Assembly (NCBI GenBank): GCA_010015585.1
Contig: ML975150.1
Length of the DNA stretch: 64,000 bases
Source of the DNA: Eremomyces bilateralis CBS 781.70
Lineage: Eukaryota
Reading direction: 5' to 3' (one strand)
Numbering within the stretch: position 1 is the stretch's first letter; every line of letters starts with the position of its first letter. The notes below the pieces were generated by a model that saw only the letters and a list, made by a program, of their open reading frames with translations, had not been told where the DNA came from and made no database searches. Shown one piece after another: positions 50,618 to 62,241 of this stretch. Position numbers and translations under genes: made by a program.

Positions 50618-52123
50618 TGTGTGTCGTCGTTTGGGATCGATGTTGAGGGAATGTGAAGTGCGAGATGGGAGGGGTCATATAGTGTATCTGGGAAGCCAGG
50701 ATCGATGATATCAATCTCGGAGCTATTCCCTGTGACCCACGCTTCTAAGCTTTTAGGACAGTATTTGATAAAGCGATAACCGATTTAAAGCGAGTTACAG
50801 TGATGGGGGGCCTAGACTTGATATACTGTCGTATCGCTGGTCATCTGCCTTCGGTAGGCAAAAGGTGTATCGACATTCGACGGCGAGTAAAAAACGCCTA
50901 GACGCCTACCTGTTGTCGAATTGACCGCTAGTGTGAGGCGACGAAGCCTGCTGGCCAAGGTACTGTATTGGTAAATGGTCCTGACGAAGCGGTGATCGGT
51001 TCCTTATAAGGCTGAATGGGTCGCTTATCGTTTGCTGCGGCCTGCGTGGCGGTTAAATCGTAGTGAGATGAGGTCTAATCCTCAGTCGCAGACATCTGAT
51101 CAGATTATTGCCTCTGTCCAACGCTGCTACTCACTCCGCGAAATGATGACGCGGTTCTAGAAACCTACGAGGATTGGGAATTGGGATACAGGTACCTACC
51201 CTGCCCTATGCTGGATAACGGACTGACCCGGTGTCCTCATGTACAACTTGAAGCAGGACCCTGGAACGCTGGTAGACACAGCAGCTTCATAGACCGTAGC
51301 AATGGCGCTGGGGATTTGGTTTCTGTTGTTGGATATTCCGTATACCAGCCACTCTCCTCATGATAGCCACCTTTAAGTAAGGAGTATAGATACAATTTTC
51401 AATAATTAGTTCTGTTCATGTTCAGACAGATGCGTCTCAAATTCATACAATTAGACACACGTGACACGAGGATACATACCCTGCGTCGGGTCAGCCACAG
51501 CCCACTCTATTCGGCTGTGCAGTGGCATCTGGATGATCTGATAGGCCACAGTGGTACAGGGCCTAGCACATGCATGACGTCGGGTCATTGGGTGGGGGGA
51601 ATCGGGGGGAATTGGGTATCGCCTCAGTACAAGTCGCATCTCGTGAGACGTGAAGCAGAGTGAATGATGTGAATCAAAGTGAATGTGCTGCTGATGACCT
51701 TTCCAGTTGGAAAATGTATATCTTGTAGTTACTGAGGCGGGGCACTTCAGATACTGCCGAACCTGCACTGCAAGCCCCTCCATCCGTCCATTCACTGGGC
51801 GATTCTTTCTTACATGTTCTGAAAGCTGCCGTAGATATTACTTGACTTTATATCGAGTATCTCTCACCAAGGCGTTAATTCGAGGTTTCGAAACTCTTGT
51901 TTCTTCATTATAGATTTGGCGAATCATCGGCCCTACTATTTTGATCTGCTGTTACAGTATCAATAGGCGGCGTAGTTCACGCTAGCGAGCTCGTCATTCT
52001 CACCACCCACCTCCTCACTAAGGCATCCTAGCACCACCGGCATCCAGGCGCAGCTGTTCTTACCCCAAAAAGAGCTGAGGATCGGTAACTCCCTACCAAG
52101 ATCAACAAACTGCTCAGCCACCG

Positions 52124-53649
52124 ATGGCTTGGCAGCCTCCGCCTGGATGTGAGTCCCTCCACCTCAGGGACCACCACGCGTCCACTTAACGCTAATGTAC
52201 AACTATATAGATCCGCCATACCCAGGTCAACCTGCCCCTCCATTTTTCCCTCCCGCACCATCGCCGTACCCTCAGAATCCGTATTACCCGCTCCTATTTC
52301 CCCCTCCGCCAGGCTTCCCCGAATACCCTCCCTATCCAATGCAGAACTACGGACCGCCTGGAGGACCGCCCGGCGGACCGCCTCAGGGCTATCCTCCACC
52401 GCAAGGGTACCCTCCGCAAGGATATCCGCCCCCGCAGCAAGGGTATCCGCCTCAAGGTTATCCTCCGCCGCAAGGTTATCCGCCTCAAGGGTATCCTCCT
52501 CAGGGATATCCCCCTCAAAGCGCTCCGCCGCCGCCGGCTGGTTATCCTCCTCAGGGCTACCCACCTCAAGGCTATCCTCCGCAGGGCTATCCTCCTCAGG
52601 GTCCTCCTCAGGGCTATCCTCCACCGGGCGGATATCCAGGATATGGCGCCCCTCAGCAACCGGTGCACGCGGGACCTCCCGTTCCTCCGTCGCCCGGGTA
52701 CATTCCCGGACAACGAGGGCACACCGACATGAACGGGCAGGCGGTGAAACTGCGCGACTCGATGAAAGGGTTCGGCACGAACGAGGCCAAGCTGATTGCT
52801 GCCTTGGCGCAAGTCCACAATCCGCTCGACATGGCGCAGCTCCGGTTCCAGTACGACGATCGCTTCCGCCGCGACCTAATCAAAGACATTAAGAGCGAGA
52901 CCGGCGGTGACTTCGAGGAGGCCCTCTGCGCCGTCGTTCGCGGTCCGCTAGGCCAAGACGTCTACGCTCTCAACCGATCGCTCGCCGGCGTGGGGACCAA
53001 GGAAGACTTGCTCAACGACGTGCTTCTGGGACGCAGCAACGCCGATCTGAAAGCCATCATGGGCGAATACCAGAAGATGTACCGTAAGGACCTCGGCGCT
53101 GAAGTGCGCGGCGACCTCTCGATGAAGACCGCGAAACTGTTCGAATACGTCATGGCGGCCAACCGCGCCGAGGAATCTGCCCCCGTCATCCCCCAGCAGA
53201 CCGACGCGGACGTCGACCGCCTGCAGCAGGCGACCGAGGGCACCAAGTTCGGCACCAACCAGGATGTGGTTGTACAGGTCCTGGCGCAGCGGAGCAACGG
53301 GCAGATCCGCGCGATCGCCCAGGCGTACCAGAGCAAGTACCGGCGCTCGCTCGACGAGGTCCTCAAGAAGGAGTTCAGCGGGCACATGGAGGATGCGTTG
53401 CGGTTAATGCTAGGGCGCGCGGTGGACCCGGTCAAGACGGATGCGGACCAGTTGGAGGCCTCGATGAAGGGGTTGGGGACAAAGGACGAGCTGCTCATCC
53501 ATCGCGTGGTGCAGATCCATTGGGATCGCAATCGAATGCAGCAGGTCAGGAATGCGTACCGGCAGTTCTACAAGAAGGACCTGGTGAAGCGGATCGAGGG
53601 GGAGACACGGGGCGACTACGAGAAGCTGCTGGTCGCGTTGGTGGTGTGA
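52124..53649 (+). CDS. Annexin with long GYPPQ-repeat N-terminus (annexin A7/A11-like architecture), 2 exons
   Basis: Exon 52124-52148 (MAWQPPPG) and intron 52149-52210; four annexin repeats (MKGFGTNE, LAGVGTKE, GTKFGTNQ, MKGLGTKD...ETRGDYEKLL). Confidence 0.95.
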
Positions 53650-53901
53650 TACCGTTCCGTACCTGTTATGTCTGTTTCTTAAGCCTCTCGGACTCCATGA
53701 TGTTTTATAGCTCGCTTTCGGCGATTAAGGTCTTCACGAAGGATATGGGACGGGGATGGAAATGATTATTGAGCAACCAAAATCCTCTCAATCAAAATAT
53801 TTCAATGCTTCATGAATGCTACCGTGATATTCCAACGACCCATATGCTTGGTGAGGGCCACCACAGACCCCGTGTTCTTGCTGTCAATTTCGGTTATCGT
53901 C

Positions 53902-54849
53902 TTACATCGCCGTTCCTCGTTCGAAGCTCTCGCGGATATCGGTCGTGTACTTGTCATAGAAGCGGGAAAGCTTCTCGTTGAACTGCTTGTTCTGTAATGC
54001 CGTTAGCTCATGGTTCCAAAAGCGCTTTCGATGCATCCATACCTGAAGGTTGATATACGTCACGTCCCCGGTGTCCTCCTCATCCTTATACCGATCCCTC
54101 CGCTTCTTCATCCGCACCGCCTCCGCATTCTTCAAATCCTCCACCAATCGATCCACCGCCTCGCGGCCCGGTTTATTGTGCACGAACGCCGTACTGTCCG
54201 CCGTCGAATAGAACGATCCGTCCTTGTCCACCGCGATCAGCTCCCCCTCCTCCGTCTCCAGGATCTCCAACCCCCCGCGCTTCGCCGCCCGCTCCACCGC
54301 CGCCATCTTCTCCCGCTGATACCCCTCCACGTCCGGCGTCAGGTGCGTCAGCTCGCGCTTGTACGCCTTCTCCGCCGCGTGCCGGTAGTCCTGGAACGCC
54401 CGCTCCCCGCGGTGCCGCTCCTTCTTCTCCATCTGCCGGTCCCACTTCTCGGATTCCTCCGCCGTCCAGTCCCACGCGCGGCGTCGCTCGAAGTCCTCAC
54501 CGGCTTCGGCGGTCTCCGCGCGGAGGAGCTTCGCGGAGGCTTTGTCGTGTTTGCGGCTGAGGGCTTGGAGGAGGGCGGGATTGGTAGCGAGCCGTTTGGT
54601 TTCGTCGGCGGAGTCTTTGAGGTTCTGTTTGCGGGACTGGGTTTGTCGGGCTTTGAGGGCTTTGAACCGCTCCATTCGCTCTTTTTGCTTGTCATCCTTG
54701 GCTGGAGAAACTGGCGTTTCGCTGGGTGCTTCGGGTTGGTCGGTCTCTGGCGTATCTTGCTCGTCTTGGTTGACGTTGCGTCGCTTGGAGGGTTCCGGTT
54801 CGACCTCGTCAGCGATAGGCGACGTTTTCCGCTTTTTTGAAGGAGACAT
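53902..54849 (-). CDS. SYF2: Pre-mRNA splicing factor Syf2, 2 exons
   Basis: GEDFERRRAWDWTAEESEKWD; DVTYIN...NKQFNEKLSRFYDKYTTDIRESFERGTA; in-frame intron 53992-54042; first ATG at 54849. Confidence 0.95.
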   Translation of the reverse strand: MSPSKKRKTSPIADEVEPEPSKRRNVNQDEQDTPETDQPEAPSETPVSPAKDDKQKERMERFKALKARQTQSRKQNLKDSADETKRLATNPALLQALSRKHDKASAKLLRAETAEAGEDFERRRAWDWTAEESEKWDRQMEKKERHRGERAFQDYRHAAEKAYKRELTHLTPDVEGYQREKMAAVERAAKRGGLEILETEEGELIAVDKDGSFYSTADSTAFVHNKPGREAVDRLVEDLKNAEAVRMKKRRDRYKDEEDTGDVTYINLQVWMHRKRFWNHELTALQNKQFNEKLSRFYDKYTTDIRESFERGTAM

Positions 54850-55190
54850 CGTGTGTATTATTGATTTAGATTGCGCAAATAGTGTCGTTTTTCGGAGTTT
54901 GTAACGGAAGAAGGATGATGGTATGTTTGATGTTGGGAATCTGGACTCCAAGTCGACTGAGAAGGGCAGCGACCCAGCGGGCCATAACGTCCATCAGTGC
55001 ACATTGAACATCGACTTTCATTCCGCTCGACTTTCACCGTTCATCCTCGCCGCCTCTATCAACCACCCCGATTCTGAAGGCCACGAGAGCTGAAATGGGA
55101 GGCCCGAGACTCCAAAAATATCCTTTATGACCGTTCGGATCGTTCGACGCCTGGATTTTCCAATCCTGCCCATGATCCTCCCATGCATCA

Positions 55191-56459
55191 ATGCGGGGCC
55201 CTCGACTGTGTCAAGGACTTCGTCACCATGGATCTGCTCCTCGATCGGCGGCCCATTGGTCGCAGACCCCAATGGGTTGTGTGAGAACCGTTACAGGGCT
55301 GCCACATTATCCCGTCAATTCGGTTCCTGTGCAGCCTGTTAATGCGGCCCCTGTTCCGTTGCAGACGATCCTAGATCCGCAACCGACTGCTCCAATTCCC
55401 CCCAGGTTGACGATATCAATCCTGACCGGTCTCGGCGGCGAATCACAGTCCAGTTGTACCAAGCGGCAAGACTACCACACCATACGATATTCGGGAAAAG
55501 AGCGGGATATCCGCCGTGCCTTGAACAGTCTCATGGCGTCCGTGGAATCCACGAAGGAGGTGATGCTGATTGTGGCCATCGCCCAGCGCAACAAACACAC
55601 GCTGGAGCGCTTCCCCGCCGCCTGCAATCGGCTGATCGAACGGCTCTACGAACTGCGATGGAAGCTCAAGGACCGCGACGTCCTGGGCACCATCTCCACC
55701 ATCTTCACGCGCCTGGCGAAGTACAACCTGCGCATGACGTGGGAGATGCACCACCAGGGCATCCTCTTCGCCGCGCGGTGCCGCAACCTCACCGCGCTCC
55801 GGCGGTTTCTCCTGCTTGCCCGCGCGGACAACGTCCCCCTGGGGCCCAAGCAGCTCTACACGCTGATCGGCAAGCTAGCGGTCCCGCCGGGCAGCTTGCA
55901 GGATCGCGCGAACGGGTCGTGGAAGCACGAGGACATCATGGAGATCTTGACAGGGTTTAAAGACCTCACGCCCGCCGACGCGTGTCATCTGGAGATTTTC
56001 GCGAGCGCGATCCGGGAGCGGTGGGACCTGCTCCGGATTTGGATTACGTGTCTGAGTCGATGTAGGGTGGAGGAGCAGATGGCGAGGGAATGGGAGGTGT
56101 GGATGCAAAGTCCCATGAGACGTTTGGCCCGGCTGGTCAATTCACCCCGGGCCAGCGTTGCCGGGGTGACAGTGACGGCGAAGAGCAGAGGCGATCTTTG
56201 GTTTCTGCATCAGTGCCTGGAAGGGGGTTTCGACGAACTATGTTGGCGTATCGTGGGCGAATCGGACATCCAGATCGGGGATTTGACAGTGTGGAATCGG
56301 GAGGATCTGCTCCGACGAGAAGATTCCCTCCCGGAATCGAATCACACGGCACGGATGAAGCTGAAGCTTTGGCGAGCGAGCATGAAACAGGAGCTGGGGG
56401 GACTTGTCTTCAAGACTCAGGATACCATCGCTCAGATTACAGTAATACAATCTCGTTAA
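55191..56459 (+). CDS. Hypothetical helical protein, 422 aa, possibly mitochondrial
   Basis: Long ATG-initiated GC3-rich ORF with an Arg-rich, acid-free N-terminus; no family recognised. Confidence 0.65.
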   Translation: MRGPRLCQGLRHHGSAPRSAAHWSQTPMGCVRTVTGLPHYPVNSVPVQPVNAAPVPLQTILDPQPTAPIPPRLTISILTGLGGESQSSCTKRQDYHTIRYSGKERDIRRALNSLMASVESTKEVMLIVAIAQRNKHTLERFPAACNRLIERLYELRWKLKDRDVLGTISTIFTRLAKYNLRMTWEMHHQGILFAARCRNLTALRRFLLLARADNVPLGPKQLYTLIGKLAVPPGSLQDRANGSWKHEDIMEILTGFKDLTPADACHLEIFASAIRERWDLLRIWITCLSRCRVEEQMAREWEVWMQSPMRRLARLVNSPRASVAGVTVTAKSRGDLWFLHQCLEGGFDELCWRIVGESDIQIGDLTVWNREDLLRREDSLPESNHTARMKLKLWRASMKQELGGLVFKTQDTIAQITVIQSR

Positions 56460-56584
56460 TATACACATCCTGCCCACGTGGATGACAGCCTTGCAGCAAT
56501 AAGGCGATGTCCAAAATGCTCCTATGTACGCCGAACAATGCAACTTCAAATTGACAGAATATTGGTAATGCTTCTGGAGGGCCT

Positions 56585-57396
56585 TCATCCTCTGCTGTGG
56601 GTGTTGAGCATCAGTCCGACAATGAGTCTGATAAAATGTTAGTGCTTGCGTGCATCTCGTCAGGTGCTGGAGGACCGTACCCGTAGAGACCCAGGACTTC
56701 GGCAAAGATGAGAATCAGAACCATGCCCACGTAGAGCCGCGACTGCTGCATGAATGATCGAACGCCCTGATAGAGTCAGCGGATGAACAGACGACGATGA
56801 ACGCGGAACGCACCGTATCTCCAACAATACCAATCGCATAGCCCGCCCCGAGCCCCGTCAGACCGACGGACAACCCGGCTGCGAGATGCATGAACCCACT
56901 GAACAAGCTGTAGTGTTGGCCAGGAGGGGGACTGATGTCGCCGGCGATCAGGACCGCAATGACCAGAGCGTAGACGGCGAGGATACCGGACATGACGACG
57001 GGGATGAGGGACTAAGGTGGGCGAGTTAGCGACTCGTGGACGTCCGGATCAACCACCGTGTTGCTTGACTGACCTTCATGATAAGATCTGGTCGATAGAG
57101 GCCAATTCCTGAGATTCCTATGCCGGACTTCGCCGTGCCGTATGCAGCGCCGACGCCTAGAGAGGTATTAGCTACTGGAGTCGATATGGGGTATGGAGGT
57201 ATCATACAGCCGAAGATCATCTTTGACGAGTATTGCATTAGCTAGTCAGTCGACTCATACATCTTCGGAGGGCCATACCGCGGAAGCAATGCCGGCCTAG
57301 ATCGGAAAGTTAGCTATAGAGATTTGGATGAAGTGGTGATGGGTGCCTTACCATTCCGAAGAACGGCGCGAACTTGGGGGTGAATTCGGACTCCAT
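56585..57396 (-). CDS. VMA11: V-ATPase V0 proteolipid subunit c', 7 exons including 18-nt and 13-nt micro-exons
   Basis: [21 protein letters not shown] (57279-57296)/MIFG (57208-57220)/[15 protein letters not shown]...[21 protein letters not shown].../[42 protein letters not shown]. Confidence 0.9.
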
Positions 57397-58287
57397 GGTG
57401 AAGGTGATGGGAAAGCTTGACGGCTGGCTAATGGGATGAAGAACTTAAAAGGAGGAGAAAAAGGAGGAAGAAAAGAAGGAAGAGCCGCGATAGGCAGAAT
57501 GCATCAACGGAGGTGGTGTATGGATGGAACCGTGACGATGGAGTGGTGAATGAGATGAAGCTCACTTGCTTCAGTAGGACTGTAGGAGCTTGGCAATCTT
57601 GCCTGGCAGGCTGGCACGCCTGGCTTACCAGACATTTATGCCGTATTGCCTGAGGCATAAAACGTGGAGAAAACGTGATCTGCGCTTCACATGATCTGTG
57701 CTTCCTGCTTCACTGCTTCCGTGCTTCCGTGCTTCGCCGCAGTGGCGCAGTGGCGCAGCTCCTCTTCCCTGTCGTACCTGTTCAGTTATTGCCTTATTGG
57801 CCTGCAGTGCTTGGGCCTTGGGGGGAAATGCACCAAACCAATCCACTTCGTTGGTCTCTCCGTCTCTTGCTCTCTCTGCGACTCTCTGCTCTTTGGTGGG
57901 AAAGGGTCCTGGTCACTCTCAACTCTCAACTGCTGCTGGTCTCTGGCCTGCGGAACTCGACCCTCTTGAACGTCCTCCCCATTACCCGCCTTTCACCTCG
58001 ATCGCCTTCATGATCTCCAATCTATTCAACCATCCCATTGACTCGAGTCTTCCGTTATTCATATCTATCACTTTCTCCTCCCCCTTCTCCTCTCATATCT
58101 CTCCCCATCGTTCCCATCCCTACCTCCCCGAGGACAAAGATAACTTTGCACACTCGGGCGCTCATCCGCCTTTGACCACTCCGAGGAGAGAAGTCGAATA
58201 GTCCTTCTACTAGGGAAGTCTTGCCTCTTGATACTCCGCTGTCCAGTCACCCGGCCCCTTCGCCCTCGATCGGCTAGCTGGGCATAT

Positions 58288-61200
58288 ATGGCAGACTACG
58301 GCGCTCAACAGGGTCGGGAGTACGGTCGCCAATATGGCCATCCGGCCAACGTGGAGCGGGATGCCGCCTTCAACCATATCTTCGGTGGTGGGCGATCACA
58401 AACAATGACTTCCCAGCCGCCCCCTCAGCCACGAGCGCAGTCCATGGCTTCCGAACCTCGCTCGCCGCCGCCGCCGCCGCCAGATATGATGCCCAGAGCA
58501 CCACCTGTAAGACCGGGTCAACATCCGGGTCACCATCCGGGCAGTTATGCTCCGCGTCCGACCAGCGCACAACGCCCACCCAGCGGACCGTATGAGAGAC
58601 CGTTCGATGGACCGATGCCTCCCATGGCTCATCGACAGCCAAATCCGCAGCATCTTCCCCCTCCTCTGCGCCCCGACCGACGGCCCTATGGAGCGCCTCA
58701 ACGCATGGAACCACCTAGGCCAGGGGTTGGACCATACCCTTCGATGAACAGGCCGATACCAAATCGATATCCTAGTGGACCGCCTCCCGCCATGAACTCC
58801 GATGGTTATAGATCGCAATCGCTCGCGTCTCAGCCCCGTCCAAATTTCCCCGGCCCTGGCCAGCAACCACCAGGTCCAAACCCGTACCACATCGCTCCCG
58901 CCCATACCTTCCGCCAGCAGCCATACTTGAACCACCAGGCCCGAACGACTGCACAAGGCCGAGTCGTGCCGGAACGGCCGGATGAGAGGAGCATGACCAT
59001 GGCATCGTACATTCCCGCCGGAGAGTCTCGGCAGACAATGAGCGGCAGAGTAATTCCAGACAGGCGGAGAGAATCCCCGCAAGGAGACTCATTTCCCGAA
59101 GAGGGAGTGCCGCCCAGAAGCTATGCCCCGTCCGGTGCGCCTGTAACACATCAGACAAAACCCCGCAGTACAAGTCATGGAAGCGACATGCAACCCCGAA
59201 CCATGTCAATGGCCTCCACCATCGTTCAGCCCGACCGCACCAGTTCTCTTTCACATCGCTCCTCCTCATCCACCGCGATTTCTCCGACCGACCGCACCAG
59301 CTCCATGAGTGGCAGAACGGCCACGATGAAATCCACATCCGGACCGACGCAAATGGTTTCTTCAAGAAAATCGCCGCTGGTTTACCCGGCGATGCTCTCC
59401 AAGGTCGGCGCTGGGTTCCGGGAAAACATCGCGCTTGGAGAAAAGTCAAAGGATGGGTTGGAGTACAAAAATGCGTTTACCGGCGCGGAAGCGGTGGATC
59501 TCATTGCCTACATCATCAAGACCCAGGATCGAAACCTGGCGCTTCTGCTCGGTCGCTCCCTCGACGCGCAGAAGTTTTTCCACGATGTCACCTACGCCCA
59601 CCGACTCCGAGACTCGTCGAACGAGGTCTATCAGTTCCATGAGACGTTAATGGAGGGTGAAACCGAGGTCAACGGTGTCTTCACGCTCATGGCCGACTGC
59701 TACTCCCCGACGTGTACTCCATATCAGCTCTGCTACTCCATCGCATGCCCGAGAAGGCTGGAACAACAAGCTCGATTGAACTTGAAGCCGCAGCATGTAC
59801 TCAAGCGACAGGATTCGCGGTCCAGTCTTCACGACCAGGATAATAACGAGCAAAAACTCTGGATCAACACCGTTTCGAAGGAGGTGGCCGACAGCATTGG
59901 AGACCAGGAGAAGAAACGACAGGAGGTTCTGTCCGAGCTGATGTATACCGAGCGCGACTTCGTGAAAGATCTGGAGTATTTGCGGGATTTCTGGATGAAA
60001 CCCCTCCGGTCCCACATGGGCTCTCCCATTCCCGATCACCGGCGGGAGAAATTCGTGCGCATTGTATTTTCCAACTGCCAAGAGGTGTACATGGTCAACT
60101 CTCGCATGGCGGAGTCTTTGACACGGCGACAACAGCAGAATCCCGTGGTCCACAACGTCGGCGACATCTTCCTGGAATACGTGCCACGGTTTACTCCGTT
60201 CATCAAGTATGGTGCCAATCAATTGTTTGGGAAATACGAATTCGAAAACGAGAAACGGACGAATCCTCAGTTCGCCAAATTTGTTGAACAGACGGAGCGG
60301 ATGAAGGAGTCTCGTAAACTGGAGCTAAACGGATATCTCACGAAGCCGACGACACGATTGGCGCGCTACCCGCTTCTCTTGGAGGGCATCTTGAAGTACA
60401 CCGCGGACGATAATCCCGACAAGGAGGATCTTCCGAAAGCGATTGTGATGATCAAACAATTCTTAAGTCAAGTCAATGTCGAATCGGGCAAGGCTGAGAA
60501 CCACTTTAACCTGCAGCAGTTGAACCGCGAACTGAAGTTCCGGCCTGGTGAGTACGTTGACCTGAAGCTGACCGACGAGGCACGCCAGCTTCTCTTCAAG
60601 GGCATGCTAAAGAAAACTCCGGCCGAGAGCAATAGCGACATGGAAGCCTTCCTCTTCGACCATGCGTTCCTTCTAGTCCGACACAAAATGGTGAACAAGA
60701 AGGAAGAGCTCAAAATGTACCGAAAGCCTATCCCGCTGGAACTCCTTCACATTCCCCAGATGGACGACATTATCCCGAAGCCAGGCCTGGGCAAGCGGAC
60801 CCCCTCGGGAATGATGACCAATGGTCGGACGAATACGATGACAGGTAAAACGGAAGCGGGGAAAGCGCAAGCGTGGCCGATTACCTTCAAGCATCTCGGA
60901 AAAGATGGATATGAACAGACGTTGTTCTGCTCATCGTCCATCCAGCAGCAGAAATGGATCGAGCACATCGACAAGCAACAACGCCTTCTCCGCGAGAAGT
61001 CGAAGGTCTTCACCAAGACTATTCTCAATGAAGGATACTTCAACTCGTACTCACGCGTCTCCTGTTGCGTGCCATTCGACGGCGGCAGGAAATTGGTTCT
61101 TGGTACTGATGTAGGGGTTTTCTTGACGGATCGCAAACCCAAGGATTCCTCCTTCAAGCCGAAGAAGGTGCTCGACGTCAAGGCCGTCACCCAAATCGAC

Positions 61201-62241
61201 ATCCTGGAAAACTATGGGCTCCTCCTGGTTCTGTCGGAGAAGACTTTGTTTACATTCCCGATCGAAGCCCTCGACCCGGACGACGGACAGTATCCCGGGA
61301 ACAAGCGGGGGAAGAAGATCGGGCACGCCCAGTTCTTCAAAGCCGGCGTGTGCCAAGGCAGGCATCTTGTCGCAACCGTCAAGACGTCCGCCCTGTCCAC
61401 GGTTATCAAGGTCCACGAACCAGCGGAGCAAGCCGGACGATCAGCCCGACGAGGCGGGCTGGCTCGCATGCTGGGCGGCAGCCAGGAAGTACTCAAACTA
61501 TGGAAGGTAAATGATCAACAACACTCCTCTCCACCGTATGGAGAGCTCACAGACGACAACCCGCAGGAATTCTACGTCCCCTCCGAAGCCACGTCCATCC
61601 ATTTCTTGCGGTCCAAGCTCTGCGTCGGCTGCACCAAGGGCTTCGAGGTCCTCAGCTTGGAGACCAACGAGTCGCAGTCGCTGCTGGACCAGGCCGACAC
61701 GTCGCTCGACTTCGTGCAGTCCAAGGAGAACATCAAGCCGATCCACATCGAGCGCGTCGTGGGCGAGTTCCTGCTCTGCTACTCGGACTACTCGTTCTAC
61801 GTCAACCGCAACGGATGGCGGGCGCGCCCGGAATATCTCATCAAGTGGGAGGGCACGCCGCAGTGGTTCGCCATCTTCGCGCCATACATCCTGGCGTTCG
61901 AACCCAGCTTCATCGAAATGCGGCATATGGAGTCCGGTGTTCTGGTCCACATTCTCACCGCGAAGAATATCCGGATGCTCCATTCCTCCACCCGAGAGGT
62001 AGCGTATCTTTCCGATCCATTTCTCGGTTCCCGTGCTGACATCCCTTTCCAGATCCTGTACGCGTACGAAGACGAGATGGGCGAAGACGTCATCGCCAGC
62101 CTGGATTTCTGGGGCCGACCGTCGAGCCCGCAGGACGACCACAGCCCGTCGAACACGGAGCAGTTGGTCAAGCAGCAGCCCCCGCCGCAGGTCCCGCGTC
62201 ATCATTCATACCAGCAGCAAGTGGTCCCGGGGGTGAGATAA
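58288..62241 (+). CDS. ROM2: Rho1 guanine-nucleotide exchange factor (DEP-DH-PH-CNH), 3 exons
   Basis: DEP AFTGAEAVDLI...LLLGRSLDAQKFFHDVTY; DH KRQEVLSELMYTERDFVKDL...LTKPTTRLARYPLLL; PH LFDH...YRKPIPLELL; CNH; in-frame introns 61507-61566 and 61999-62052. Confidence 0.96.
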   Translation: MADYGAQQGREYGRQYGHPANVERDAAFNHIFGGGRSQTMTSQPPPQPRAQSMASEPRSPPPPPPDMMPRAPPVRPGQHPGHHPGSYAPRPTSAQRPPSGPYERPFDGPMPPMAHRQPNPQHLPPPLRPDRRPYGAPQRMEPPRPGVGPYPSMNRPIPNRYPSGPPPAMNSDGYRSQSLASQPRPNFPGPGQQPPGPNPYHIAPAHTFRQQPYLNHQARTTAQGRVVPERPDERSMTMASYIPAGESRQTMSGRVIPDRRRESPQGDSFPEEGVPPRSYAPSGAPVTHQTKPRSTSHGSDMQPRTMSMASTIVQPDRTSSLSHRSSSSTAISPTDRTSSMSGRTATMKSTSGPTQMVSSRKSPLVYPAMLSKVGAGFRENIALGEKSKDGLEYKNAFTGAEAVDLIAYIIKTQDRNLALLLGRSLDAQKFFHDVTYAHRLRDSSNEVYQFHETLMEGETEVNGVFTLMADCYSPTCTPYQLCYSIACPRRLEQQARLNLKPQHVLKRQDSRSSLHDQDNNEQKLWINTVSKEVADSIGDQEKKRQEVLSELMYTERDFVKDLEYLRDFWMKPLRSHMGSPIPDHRREKFVRIVFSNCQEVYMVNSRMAESLTRRQQQNPVVHNVGDIFLEYVPRFTPFIKYGANQLFGKYEFENEKRTNPQFAKFVEQTERMKESRKLELNGYLTKPTTRLARYPLLLEGILKYTADDNPDKEDLPKAIVMIKQFLSQVNVESGKAENHFNLQQLNRELKFRPGEYVDLKLTDEARQLLFKGMLKKTPAESNSDMEAFLFDHAFLLVRHKMVNKKEELKMYRKPIPLELLHIPQMDDIIPKPGLGKRTPSGMMTNGRTNTMTGKTEAGKAQAWPITFKHLGKDGYEQTLFCSSSIQQQKWIEHIDKQQRLLREKSKVFTKTILNEGYFNSYSRVSCCVPFDGGRKLVLGTDVGVFLTDRKPKDSSFKPKKVLDVKAVTQIDILENYGLLLVLSEKTLFTFPIEALDPDDGQYPGNKRGKKIGHAQFFKAGVCQGRHLVATVKTSALSTVIKVHEPAEQAGRSARRGGLARMLGGSQEVLKLWKVNDQQHSSPPYGELTDDNPQEFYVPSEATSIHFLRSKLCVGCTKGFEVLSLETNESQSLLDQADTSLDFVQSKENIKPIHIERVVGEFLLCYSDYSFYVNRNGWRARPEYLIKWEGTPQWFAIFAPYILAFEPSFIEMRHMESGVLVHILTAKNIRMLHSSTREVAYLSDPFLGSRADIPFQILYAYEDEMGEDVIASLDFWGRPSSPQDDHSPSNTEQLVKQQPPPQVPRHHSYQQQVVPGVR

